From the sequence record NC_061442.1: a DNA stretch of 64,000 bases; one strand, 5' to 3'. Positions 46,785 through 55,515 of the stretch are shown here, in pieces (position 1 is the first letter of the stretch; each line of letters begins with the position of its first letter). The position numbers and the translations under genes are program-made. The notes under the pieces were generated by a model. That model did not search any database, was not told the DNA's origin, and saw nothing but the letters and a program-made list of their open reading frames with translations.

Positions 46785-48054
46785 TCACGTATTCAGCCAT
46801 GACGAGAAGCAACTTCTCTTGTCTGTAGCTGAGTCTAAATATCTGGTGCGGCTTGATTGCCCTGAGTATTTGAAGAAATCAAAACACTCGATTGAAATTC
46901 GTCATACAGTGACCAACCGTGGCGAACAACGTCGAAGCGGTGTTATCAATACAACGTTTGTACCGCGTATTCATGCCTCAACTGTGCAGCGCCTGTTACG
47001 TGAGATTCGTGACAACGCAACTATCAGTTCGGCTAACAGCCTTGCCTCGTTATTTGAACTTGGGCTTGGCGTACCGAAGCAACGTGATATCGCAACGTAC
47101 TTGCACGACTACTCTCGGGAGAATGACAAGAAGGGCGTTGGTATCAAGTACATCCGCAAACTGATTAACGAGTATCACCGCAAGCACCGTCATAGTTTTG
47201 CTGGCAGTCGCTGGATGATGCCTGCTGCGTATACAGCGAACATGCTGAACATGCAGTCTTTCATTCATCTGAAAGAAAACGGCTACAGCAAGAAAGTGAA
47301 AGTGCCTGACGGTCTGCCTGTTGTTCTGATCTATCAGAATACGAATCACGCCGAAGCTGAGTTCTCTATGTGTGACGCCTTCGCTATTAGCCCTCTGGGT
47401 TATCCGATGCCGTTCGCCCAGATTGCGATGCGCCCTGAGTTCAAAGCTGCGCCGAAGACCTTTCAATCTAAAGCGCTGCGTGGGCAAGGCATGTATAGCA
47501 TGATCATGGGTATCGTTCACTGGGACAAAGGTGACGCACTGACGAACATACGCGAACTGAACGCCATTGACGACGAGCCGTACCTGACGTTGTTGTGTGA
47601 CGAGCAATACGCAGATCGTCGTTCGCCTGAGTATCAGAAGCTGCTGGACAAACGTGCTGAGTTTGCTGAACAGCGGCATGAGTGGGCAGAAGTGATTGCG
47701 AAGTATGGCAACACAACTCGCACACTCAAGCCCAAGCAGTTAGAGCGACTGGAGCAGGCAGAGAACTTCTTCAAAGAACGCAAAACGTTTATGGACGAGT
47801 TTGATAAGTTCGAGAAGAAAGAGAACCATCAGGCTGCTAAGAAGTTTGCAGTAGCCAGTGCGAAGTTCGCTGCCGTTGATTGTGGAACTATTGCTGACCG
47901 TTCGACGTATATGTCAGTAGCGTCGGGCCTCGACAAAGTTAATAAGATTCTCACTAAGTGGGGATTCACCACGGTTGATACTGTTAATAGTAGTTTGAAG
48001 AAGTCTATCCTTACATTCGACCCAACAACCGCTACTCGCGTGTGGTCACTGTAA
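46774..48054 (+). CDS. Hypothetical protein (426 aa)
   Basis: GAGGA RBS; long ORF. Confidence 0.8.
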   Translation: MFYDHVFSHDEKQLLLSVAESKYLVRLDCPEYLKKSKHSIEIRHTVTNRGEQRRSGVINTTFVPRIHASTVQRLLREIRDNATISSANSLASLFELGLGVPKQRDIATYLHDYSRENDKKGVGIKYIRKLINEYHRKHRHSFAGSRWMMPAAYTANMLNMQSFIHLKENGYSKKVKVPDGLPVVLIYQNTNHAEAEFSMCDAFAISPLGYPMPFAQIAMRPEFKAAPKTFQSKALRGQGMYSMIMGIVHWDKGDALTNIRELNAIDDEPYLTLLCDEQYADRRSPEYQKLLDKRAEFAEQRHEWAEVIAKYGNTTRTLKPKQLERLEQAENFFKERKTFMDEFDKFEKKENHQAAKKFAVASAKFAAVDCGTIADRSTYMSVASGLDKVNKILTKWGFTTVDTVNSSLKKSILTFDPTTATRVWSL

Positions 48055-48078
48055 ACCTTTTATCTGAGGAGATAACGT

Positions 48079-51075
48079 ATGTCGGAAAATAACCTGGGCG
48101 CTGCTGCAACCTTCGGCTCTGAGACTCAAAAGCAATTAAACGACCAACAGCGTCGTGCGCATTCTGCTGAGTCCGGCCACGTAAACAAATGTACCATCGT
48201 CGTTCTTACTGCGCTTAACGCGCATGGTCGATTCTCTTACCTGACTGCTGACGAGCAACTGCGTGAGCGTTCAATCGAAGGTAAGGTGATGGACCGTCTG
48301 CCGGATCTGATTGGCCGTGCATCGGGTCCTTCTACTGATCCGAACAGCGCGTACCACATCCTGCATCCAAACAATGGCGTGCCTACTCGTATCGACGAGC
48401 GTATCAAAGTTGGCGAAGCGGATTCGGTCATCATTTCATATACTGTAAATAAAGCAGTGTCAGAGATGTATGGCAGTTTATCGCTGGCGCTGTTTAGTGC
48501 TGGTGAAAGTGATATCGCTGATTTGGCGGCTGAGTATGGTATTCACTCCATCTCAATCGTCGAAGAGGCGAAAGCGCCTGACTATATCAAAGCTCTTACT
48601 GAACAGGTAGAAGCTCTGAATATTGTAAATCTCACTAGCATTGATGAAGCTGACGGTGCTTTTGAGAAACCAGTAATCAACTACAGCGCCCTGCCGGGTA
48701 ATCCAATCAACGTACTGTCCGGCGCTGTGCGTACTTTCATTATGCAAACTCTAAACGGCGAAGTATTCGCTGCGATTCCAAATAACGGAGAACTGAACGT
48801 GAAACAACCTACTAACGCAACGCCGGTCAATCTGGACGAAGACTTCGATTCAGAAGACGAAGTGGTTGATCAGCAGGGCGGCGAAAGCGACGACGAAGAA
48901 GTGACAGGCACTGACCTGTTCGGCTATAAAGCTGAAACACTGACCGTCGCGCAAATGACAGAAGCTCTTGAAGCTCTGTCCTACGATGTTAGCGCGATGG
49001 ACGAAGCGGGCATCCGTGAGTCGTTCGAAACTGAACAGCAAATCTGGATGGAAGGTAACGACGCTGCCGAAGAAGACGGCGAAGAAGAAGATGCCGAAGA
49101 CGAAGAAGAATCTGATGATGAAGATTCCGAATTCGATCCTTCTCTGTATCTGGGCCACCTGCTGTCTGCTGACCAGCTGGACCGTTCTGCACTGAAAGTT
49201 CTGGTGCGTACTCAAGACCTCAAAGTCATGAAGTCCGACACCGAAGAAACGCTGACTGCGAAACTGCTCGAACTGGTCGAAGGTGCAACCGAGCAGGAAA
49301 TGGCTGAACTGATTGACACCTTCGTAGGCGCGCTGCAAGAGCGTGAGATCGATTGTCCTAACCTGCTGGCCGCGCTGTCGTCTGACGAAGACGAAGAAGA
49401 AGACGCGGAAGAGTCAGAAGAAGAAGATGAAGAAGAATCTGAGGATGAAGAATCCGAAGATGAAGATGATTCTGATTCTGTGCAAGACCAGATCGATGCC
49501 GTTACTGACCCGCTCGACTACTTCCAGTTCGCTGGTGGTTCGCTGACTGCTGAACAGCGTGTTGCTGCTGTCGAAGCGATGGGCGAAGACGTTACCGGCT
49601 TGAACATCGTGCAGGTAATGAAAGCGTTCTCTCGCATTCAGGGTCAGACTAACGAAATCGACGTTGACGCAGAAGAAAGCGAAAGCAACGTTGCTGAACT
49701 CGAAGCGCTGCTGGGCCAGTACGACGATGCTACCGTGCAGCACGTCGCAGAAAGCCTGGGCGTTAACGTTGACGAATGCGAAACCGCAGAAGACATGATC
49801 GAAGCGATTGTCAATGGCGGTACCGAAGACCAGTTCGCTGCGGTTGAAGAAATCGCAACCAGCTACGGTGTTGACCTGTCAGAAGTTGCTGACGGCGAAG
49901 ACCTGGACTTTGTTGACGCGGTTCTGTCTGTGCTGCCGTCCTTCCTGTCAGACGACGAGCAGGAAGAAGATGAAGAAGATGAAGAATCTGAGGAAGAAGA
50001 ATCCGAAGACGGCGAAGAAGAAGATGAAGACGAGCAGGACTCTGAGATCGATTCTTCTGAAAACGAAAGCCTGAAATTCATCAAGTCTGTTAACTCTGAC
50101 AACGCCGTGGGCACTCTGCTGGCAGTCGATATGGATCAGACTGTAGTTATCAACTTTACTCTGACTGACGGCGATACCTACAGCGCTGTTGAATCTGAGC
50201 TGGTCGATATCAATGGTTTCAACTACCGCTTCCCATTCAACCTGGGCAAAGCGTCTAAAGGTACTGCGCCGGGTTCAATGCTGCTGCCAGCTCAATCCCT
50301 GCTGGACATTGTTGAGCGCGTGAACACTACTCGCTTCCTTGCCGATCCGAAAACGTTCGACATTGGCGCATGGGCTGAAAGTCTGGAAGCAACGCTGGCA
50401 GAAGAAATTCCTGTCGCGCTGTATGCAGATCGTATTGAAGACGGCGTTGACCCAAGCGAAGCTGGTCTGGTTGTTGGTGACTTCCTCGACGAAGAAGAAC
50501 TGGAAGCCGCAACTGAGCTGGGTCACATCGACGCTGACGATGCCTCTGAACTGAACGGCGATCATCTGCCACTGGCAAGCCTGTATAACGCTCGCTCTCG
50601 CGTTCGCCCGGTTCGTGTAGACAGCGCTTACGTTGCACTGCACACCACAGTGATGAACGTCGCACTGCCTGGCTTCTGGAGCGAAGCACCTGTACAGCGC
50701 ATGATTCAGGCGGCAGTTAACCGTGTCATCAATCTGGCTGAATCTGTTGAGAACGTTAAAGTGTATGCTGCGTTCACCATGGAGTCTGCTGCACTGCTGA
50801 ACAACGGCCGTCTGTTTGAAGCGCTGGCAACTCTGCGTGAGTTTGAGCACGTCCAGTCTTACTCTGCTGCTGACGCTGCTAACTTCGACGATGCCGAAGA
50901 CGTGATCGAAGTAGCTGGTTCACTCGACACCCGTGACCTGCCGCTGTCTGTACTGGCTGGTGGTCTGGCTGGCGCATCGTTCGACAACGGCGGTGACCTG
51001 ACCATTCTGGTTCCGTGCTTCACACAAGAAGAAGACGCGGACGAAGAAGAAGGCGACGACGGCGACGACGAATAA
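48079..51075 (+). CDS. Very large acidic protein (998 aa) with repeated HeH/SAP-like helical units
   Basis: GAGGAG RBS; several D/E tracts; LDRSALKVLVRTQDLKVMKSDTEETLTAKLLELV. Confidence 0.9.
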   Translation: MSENNLGAAATFGSETQKQLNDQQRRAHSAESGHVNKCTIVVLTALNAHGRFSYLTADEQLRERSIEGKVMDRLPDLIGRASGPSTDPNSAYHILHPNNGVPTRIDERIKVGEADSVIISYTVNKAVSEMYGSLSLALFSAGESDIADLAAEYGIHSISIVEEAKAPDYIKALTEQVEALNIVNLTSIDEADGAFEKPVINYSALPGNPINVLSGAVRTFIMQTLNGEVFAAIPNNGELNVKQPTNATPVNLDEDFDSEDEVVDQQGGESDDEEVTGTDLFGYKAETLTVAQMTEALEALSYDVSAMDEAGIRESFETEQQIWMEGNDAAEEDGEEEDAEDEEESDDEDSEFDPSLYLGHLLSADQLDRSALKVLVRTQDLKVMKSDTEETLTAKLLELVEGATEQEMAELIDTFVGALQEREIDCPNLLAALSSDEDEEEDAEESEEEDEEESEDEESEDEDDSDSVQDQIDAVTDPLDYFQFAGGSLTAEQRVAAVEAMGEDVTGLNIVQVMKAFSRIQGQTNEIDVDAEESESNVAELEALLGQYDDATVQHVAESLGVNVDECETAEDMIEAIVNGGTEDQFAAVEEIATSYGVDLSEVADGEDLDFVDAVLSVLPSFLSDDEQEEDEEDEESEEEESEDGEEEDEDEQDSEIDSSENESLKFIKSVNSDNAVGTLLAVDMDQTVVINFTLTDGDTYSAVESELVDINGFNYRFPFNLGKASKGTAPGSMLLPAQSLLDIVERVNTTRFLADPKTFDIGAWAESLEATLAEEIPVALYADRIEDGVDPSEAGLVVGDFLDEEELEAATELGHIDADDASELNGDHLPLASLYNARSRVRPVRVDSAYVALHTTVMNVALPGFWSEAPVQRMIQAAVNRVINLAESVENVKVYAAFTMESAALLNNGRLFEALATLREFEHVQSYSAADAANFDDAEDVIEVAGSLDTRDLPLSVLAGGLAGASFDNGGDLTILVPCFTQEEDADEEEGDDGDDE

Positions 51076-51087
51076 TATCGTCTAAAC

Positions 51088-51117
51088 GAGTGGCTCGAAA
51101 GGGCCACTCACTTTCTT
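51088..51117 (+). terminator. Intrinsic terminator
   Basis: gagtggctc-gaaa-gggccactc followed by ctttctt. Confidence 0.7.
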
Positions 51118-51131
51118 GGGGATCTGTAAAC

Positions 51132-51953
51132 ATGACACAAGAAGTAGACCACGGCGCAAACATCATTAAGATGGTAAGTGACCGTGACGCTAAAATCCGT
51201 GAACTATCTGCTGACCTGACAGTGACTTCTGGAGGCAAAGCAGACGTGGAAGCGGAACTGCGTGAACTGTCTCTCGATCATCTGGCACTCAAAATCAAGA
51301 TGCGTAGCCGTGAGCGCGAACACGCCTCGGAGATTGCGCTGCGTGATGAACGCATTAAAGAAGTTGTTGGGTTCTGCAACGAACAAACAGTTGAAGTGAA
51401 GAACATCCGTGCTGAACTCGAATCTGTAAAACAAAAGAGTGAACCGGCTGCTGCACTGCCATTCGTTCTGCAATTGATAATGTCTGCTGGTGTCGCGCAC
51501 TACCATGCGATTATCGCACAATGCGCTATCGCTACTGTCAACAAAGCAACAAATAAAGTTGCCCGTGAACTGCGCGAAATTTATGATATTGATAATGTAG
51601 TGAAGCATCCTTCACTCTATCGTGTCGCTGTCCGACTGTGTACTCAGCTCGGTGTTTCGCCACCATCTCGCACCGAACTATCGGCCGAGATTAAAGAGTA
51701 TGTGGCCCAGAACATCGACCTGTACGTGAAAGACCCGCAGTACGCTACATCTGAATCCGCCTTGCGCCAGATTATCGCGGCGAAAAACAATGCCGCACAT
51801 TATGGCTCTTATGGCCGTGACGTGTGCCGAATGTTCGACTGGCTCCCTGCACTAGCTGCTGGCCTGGACGACATTGAAGATGACTACAACGATTTGGTGG
51901 AACAATCTGTCTATCAAGTCTGTCGTAATCTGATTAACGATAGCTTTTCATAA
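51132..51953 (+). CDS. Coiled-coil hypothetical protein
   Basis: ORF track; start moved to ATG 51132. Confidence 0.75.
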   Translation: MTQEVDHGANIIKMVSDRDAKIRELSADLTVTSGGKADVEAELRELSLDHLALKIKMRSREREHASEIALRDERIKEVVGFCNEQTVEVKNIRAELESVKQKSEPAAALPFVLQLIMSAGVAHYHAIIAQCAIATVNKATNKVARELREIYDIDNVVKHPSLYRVAVRLCTQLGVSPPSRTELSAEIKEYVAQNIDLYVKDPQYATSESALRQIIAAKNNAAHYGSYGRDVCRMFDWLPALAAGLDDIEDDYNDLVEQSVYQVCRNLINDSFS

Positions 51954-51996
51954 TCTGTAAAAGTTACCTGTAATCGAATCTGTAAACACTAATTGA
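51952..51996 (+). promoter_or_regulatory. Class-B motif cluster (AATCTGTAAA x2)
   Basis: aatctgtaaaagtt at 51952 and aatctgtaaacactaattgaag at 51977. Confidence 0.55.
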
Positions 51997-52046
51997 AGTT
52001 CGAACCGAGCGACAAGCTCACACTTATAAAATCCCGGAGCATTACA

Positions 52047-52601
52047 ATGGCTAAAGCAATTAAGTCCTCTAACCTGTCACCTACCCTGATCTCTCGTATT
52101 CAGAAAAAGTCTGGCTCCATCGGTACTTCTAAAGCTAAGCCTTCTGAACTGCCGCACGACATTCTGATCGAAACGGTGCAGGCTGTTGAGCTGATTGGCT
52201 TCATTACTGACCGCACCGAAAACAGCGTCACCATTCGTCACAAACGTGGTCATGGTTCTTCTGCGCAAGTTGTTTCTACCTTCGGCCCGAATCAAACTCT
52301 GTCTGTGCTGGGCGAAGCTGGCGGTCACGGTAGCGTAATCGCTCTGATCAACGCGCCGGTTCGTGAGTACAAGGGCTTCACTATCAAATACAAAGGCGCG
52401 ACCATCGTTGCTACCTCTGTTGAGACTGGCGAAGTGATTGAAGTGAACACCGCACTGCCTGGCTTCACTGTTCGCGCAACCGTGAACGAAACTGCTGCTG
52501 CTAAAAAGTACGGCACGCCTGCTCCTACCAAAGCTAAGAAGCTGGACAAAGGCGACAAAGCTGGTAAGACTGCGAAAGTGGCAAAGAAAGTAAAAAAGTA
52601 A
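52047..52601 (+). CDS. Hypothetical protein with Lys-rich termini
   Basis: GGAG RBS before ATG 52047; strong codon bias. Confidence 0.8.
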   Translation: MAKAIKSSNLSPTLISRIQKKSGSIGTSKAKPSELPHDILIETVQAVELIGFITDRTENSVTIRHKRGHGSSAQVVSTFGPNQTLSVLGEAGGHGSVIALINAPVREYKGFTIKYKGATIVATSVETGEVIEVNTALPGFTVRATVNETAAAKKYGTPAPTKAKKLDKGDKAGKTAKVAKKVKK

Positions 52602-52628
52602 GTAAGTCTGACGAAGACTTCTAACTTT

Positions 52629-52710
52629 CGAAATCTGTAAACATTAAGTATGCAGCGAGATAAAAATGTTTCGCTGCCTGTCTCTCGAAATCTGTAAATC
52701 TTAATTGAAG
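52629..52710 (+). promoter_or_regulatory. Class-B motif cluster (CGAAATCTGTAAA x2) flanking a hairpin
   Basis: Copies at 52629 and 52686; gcagcga/tcgctgc stem between them. Confidence 0.55.
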
Positions 52711-52745
52711 CAACGTCGCTTCTAATCAAACAGGAAATAAATATC

Positions 52746-53531
52746 ATGGCTAAAGCTAAAGCAACCGCAAACACCGCAGCAACCGTTCTGGCTAAAATGC
52801 TGGGCGTCGTAGTCGAAAACGCCAGCGCTGCTGACATTGCAGCAATTCTGAAAGAAGCCGGCCTGACTGTTGTTGGCGGTAAAGTTGTTAAAGCTGAAAA
52901 AGGCGGTAAAGCTGCTAAAGGCAAAAAGGCCAAAGCACCTACCGTTGCTGAAATCGTCGCTGCTGTTAAGGACGAAGAAGAACTGGACATCTCCGGCGTA
53001 AGCGAAGATGACCTGCGCGCCGCAGTTGTTAAGGCCAAGCTGTCTACCGCTAAGAAAGCGAAAGCGCTGGACGAAGATGAACTGCGCGAACTGCTGAACG
53101 ATAACCTGGGCGGCGAGTCCGAAGAGGACGAAGACGAAGAAGAAGAGGACGACGAAGACGAGGACGAAGACGACTCGGACGACGAAGATGAAGACGGCGA
53201 CGACGAAGACGAAGACGACGAAGACTCTGATGATGAAGAAGAGGACGACGAAGACGACGAAGACGGCGACGATGAAGACGAAGATGAAGACGAAGATGAA
53301 GACGAGGACGATGAAGACGAACTCGACCTCGACTCACTCGACAAGAAAGAGCTGTTAGCTCTCGTCCTGGAACACAAGCTGGCCCCGGCCAAGAAAGCTA
53401 AGAAAATGGACGAAGATGAACTGCGCGAACTCTGCGAAGAACACTTCGGTGGTGAAGACGACGAAGACGAAGATGAAGACGAAGACGACGAAGACTTCGA
53501 CGATGAAGACGAAGACGAAGACGACGAATAA
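52746..53531 (+). CDS. Highly acidic protein with two copies of the shared helical module
   Basis: AKKAKALDEDELRELL / AKKAKKMDEDELRELC separated by a ~70-residue D/E tract. Confidence 0.9.
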   Translation: MAKAKATANTAATVLAKMLGVVVENASAADIAAILKEAGLTVVGGKVVKAEKGGKAAKGKKAKAPTVAEIVAAVKDEEELDISGVSEDDLRAAVVKAKLSTAKKAKALDEDELRELLNDNLGGESEEDEDEEEEDDEDEDEDDSDDEDEDGDDEDEDDEDSDDEEEDDEDDEDGDDEDEDEDEDEDEDDEDELDLDSLDKKELLALVLEHKLAPAKKAKKMDEDELRELCEEHFGGEDDEDEDEDEDDEDFDDEDEDEDDE

Positions 53532-53751
53532 GTCCTGATCTGAACCGGCGGCCCCTCTAGTTCTAACGAATGAGCGAGGGGCAAATAATCGAAAAAAAAA
53601 TATCTAGATTATTTTCGTAAAAAGTTTTAAAATTCCTGTTGTTGTATGTTGAACATAATAATGTATGACTACAGGAACACAAACCTGAACAAATTTATCT
53701 TTTCATCCAGCGGTGAAAACGCCGCATCAAATATAAAGTAAGGAATATCGT

Positions 53752-54279
53752 ATGTCTAAGAAAGCAATCAGCGGCCTGAACAAAGAAATCAAAGCCCTGG
53801 AAAAATCTGAAAAAGCTCTGACCAAAACTTCTGCTGAAATCACCAAGCAGGCTGAATCCATCGCTGAACGTCGTGCCGGTCTGACTGCCCAGGTTGAAGC
53901 GTTGCAGAACGACGGTGCTGCTCCGGCCAAAGCTGCTAAGGCGCCGAAAGCTGGCAAAGCAGAGAAAGCTGCTAAGCCTGCCAAAGCTGAAAAAGCTGGC
54001 AAGAAAGCGAAAGCTGAAAAGGCTGAGAAGCCTGCTAAAGCTAAGAAAGCGAAAGCAGAGAAAGCTGAGAAGCCTGCTAAAGCTGACAAAAAAGCGAAAG
54101 CTGCCAAAGCTGAAAAGCCAGCTAAAGCAGAAAAGTCTGGTAAAAAAGCCAAAGCTGAAAAAGCTGCTAAGCCTGCCAAAGCTGAAAAAGCTGGCAAGAA
54201 AGTGAAAGCGGACAAAGCTGCTAAGGCCGGTAAGAAAAGCAAAAAAGAAGCCGAAGACTTCGACTTCGATATGGAATAA
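53752..54279 (+). CDS. Histone H1-like / AlgP-like Lys-Ala repeat protein
   Basis: N-terminal coiled coil, repeated KAEKA(A/E)KPAKA units, acidic C-tail EDFDFDME. Confidence 0.85.
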   Translation: MSKKAISGLNKEIKALEKSEKALTKTSAEITKQAESIAERRAGLTAQVEALQNDGAAPAKAAKAPKAGKAEKAAKPAKAEKAGKKAKAEKAEKPAKAKKAKAEKAEKPAKADKKAKAAKAEKPAKAEKSGKKAKAEKAAKPAKAEKAGKKVKADKAAKAGKKSKKEAEDFDFDME

Positions 54280-54310
54280 GCAAGCGCCGCGCAATAGCGG
54301 TACTTGATCT

Positions 54311-54343
54311 AAAAGGGCAGCGCTGACGAGCGTTTGCCCTTTT
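54311..54343 (+). terminator. Intrinsic terminator
   Basis: aaaagggca...tgccctttt. Confidence 0.8.
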
Positions 54344-54376
54344 GTCATATCTGTCTCAAATTTTGAGGTAAACCGA

Positions 54377-54871
54377 ATGTCTGCTGAACATTTGCTTAAC
54401 GATGACCTACCGGACGATACTCTCTCCACGAAAGTACCCACCTCTCCTGAAAAGCCCAACTACTACGCGTTAATGACTATGCGACTTGAAGCTGGCGCTC
54501 GTCTTGCTCGTGCTCTGAAAACCCTGAAAGATGCCAACGTGTTTGGTGATGATAATACCGTGAACGGTAGTCTCATGTTGACTGAGGCTCTGAAGGTTGC
54601 AGAAGCTAACTGGGCACACATCTGCATGGGATACACGCCTGTAAAAGATTCTAATGACCGAGAGTCTCTGCGTGATAACCTTCCTGCCTGCATCGAAGCA
54701 TTCCGTGTTGTCGTAATGGAACATGCTCAACGCGAAGCATTGGAGCGTGAGTGCAAACTCATGATTAGCCACGCAGAAGGTTTCAAAATTCTGACCCAGC
54801 CTCAAACAATACAGATTGAGCCACTACACTTCTGCGATGGAACCTGCGACCATGACACAAAAACTGTCTGA
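54377..54871 (+). CDS. Hypothetical protein
   Basis: GAGG RBS. Confidence 0.75.
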   Translation: MSAEHLLNDDLPDDTLSTKVPTSPEKPNYYALMTMRLEAGARLARALKTLKDANVFGDDNTVNGSLMLTEALKVAEANWAHICMGYTPVKDSNDRESLRDNLPACIEAFRVVVMEHAQREALERECKLMISHAEGFKILTQPQTIQIEPLHFCDGTCDHDTKTV

Positions 54872-55382
54872 GCAAATCAACCGCTATTTTAATCTCATGG
54901 AGAAAATCCGTGAGCAACTGTTCCGTGTGTTGAACGTGTCCGATCGCTACCTGTGCATCGTGAGCTTTAACACCCAGCATCAGGCAATGCAGTGCGACCT
55001 AGTTAGTCGTGAGAGCCTGCTGCCCGCCAAGCTACTTGAAGGTCTTAGTGGTCAGGAGCTTGTAGTGTACGGCACCATTACTGCCCAGATTGAGAAATGG
55101 GTAGCAGACGGTATGAGCGACGACTTCCCGATTACGCAAGACGCCGATACCTACGCGCAGTATCGCAAGCTGGTGGACCCTGAGCAAGAGCCTGCTATCT
55201 CTGACGCTAACTTGGCAGAGCATGTTGCCTCTCTACCTAAGTCAGATGCCCTGAAATACGTTGACCCTCTGAGCAAGTACGAGCTTGCGATTATCTGCAA
55301 AGCATGGGGACTTGAACAAGATGCCAGCGAGACTGTTATGCTATCTCTCGTCAAGGGCTATATTCTGCGCCGTGACTCGTAG
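54852..55382 (+). CDS. Hypothetical protein with C-terminal HeH-like segment
   Basis: LSKYELAIICKAWGL; start moved to 54852. Confidence 0.7.
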   Translation: MTQKLSEQINRYFNLMEKIREQLFRVLNVSDRYLCIVSFNTQHQAMQCDLVSRESLLPAKLLEGLSGQELVVYGTITAQIEKWVADGMSDDFPITQDADTYAQYRKLVDPEQEPAISDANLAEHVASLPKSDALKYVDPLSKYELAIICKAWGLEQDASETVMLSLVKGYILRRDS

Positions 55383-55387
55383 CTTGA

Positions 55388-55466
55388 ACTCTGCAAATAG
55401 TTGGACAGAACGTGGGTAGCGTCTAATACTTTAGTATGATATAATAGCCGTAGGACAAGTAGTGTC
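55388..55466 (+). promoter_or_regulatory. Class-A phage promoter
   Basis: actctgcaaatagttGGacagaac; TGaTATAAT at 55437; ggaca..tgtct hairpin. Confidence 0.85.
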
Positions 55467-55515
55467 TGCATATGCTAATATCGAGTAGTAATGCTACTCA
55501 TAGGAGATCACGAAA

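Noticed and set aside
47030-47110. Sel1-like repeat (LASLFELGLGVPKQRDIA)
   Set aside because: Single imperfect copy; insufficient for a call
48079-51075. Chimallin or phage-nucleus shell protein
   Set aside because: No recognisable similarity; composition is dominated by acidic disorder; no PhuZ or multisubunit RNAP in the window
52047-52601. Hfq/Sm-like fold
   Set aside because: Only a vague beta-strand pattern; not supportable without a profile search
52325-53584. 419-aa minus-strand poly-Ser ORF
   Set aside because: Antisense shadow of the GAA/GAC-rich acidic gene; no RBS or promoter context, and all real genes are on +
53695-54459. Minus-strand F/S/L-rich ORFs (254 aa, 171 aa) and + frame 53894..54205
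   Set aside because: Shadows of the Lys/Ala repeat gene, which is stop-poor in other frames
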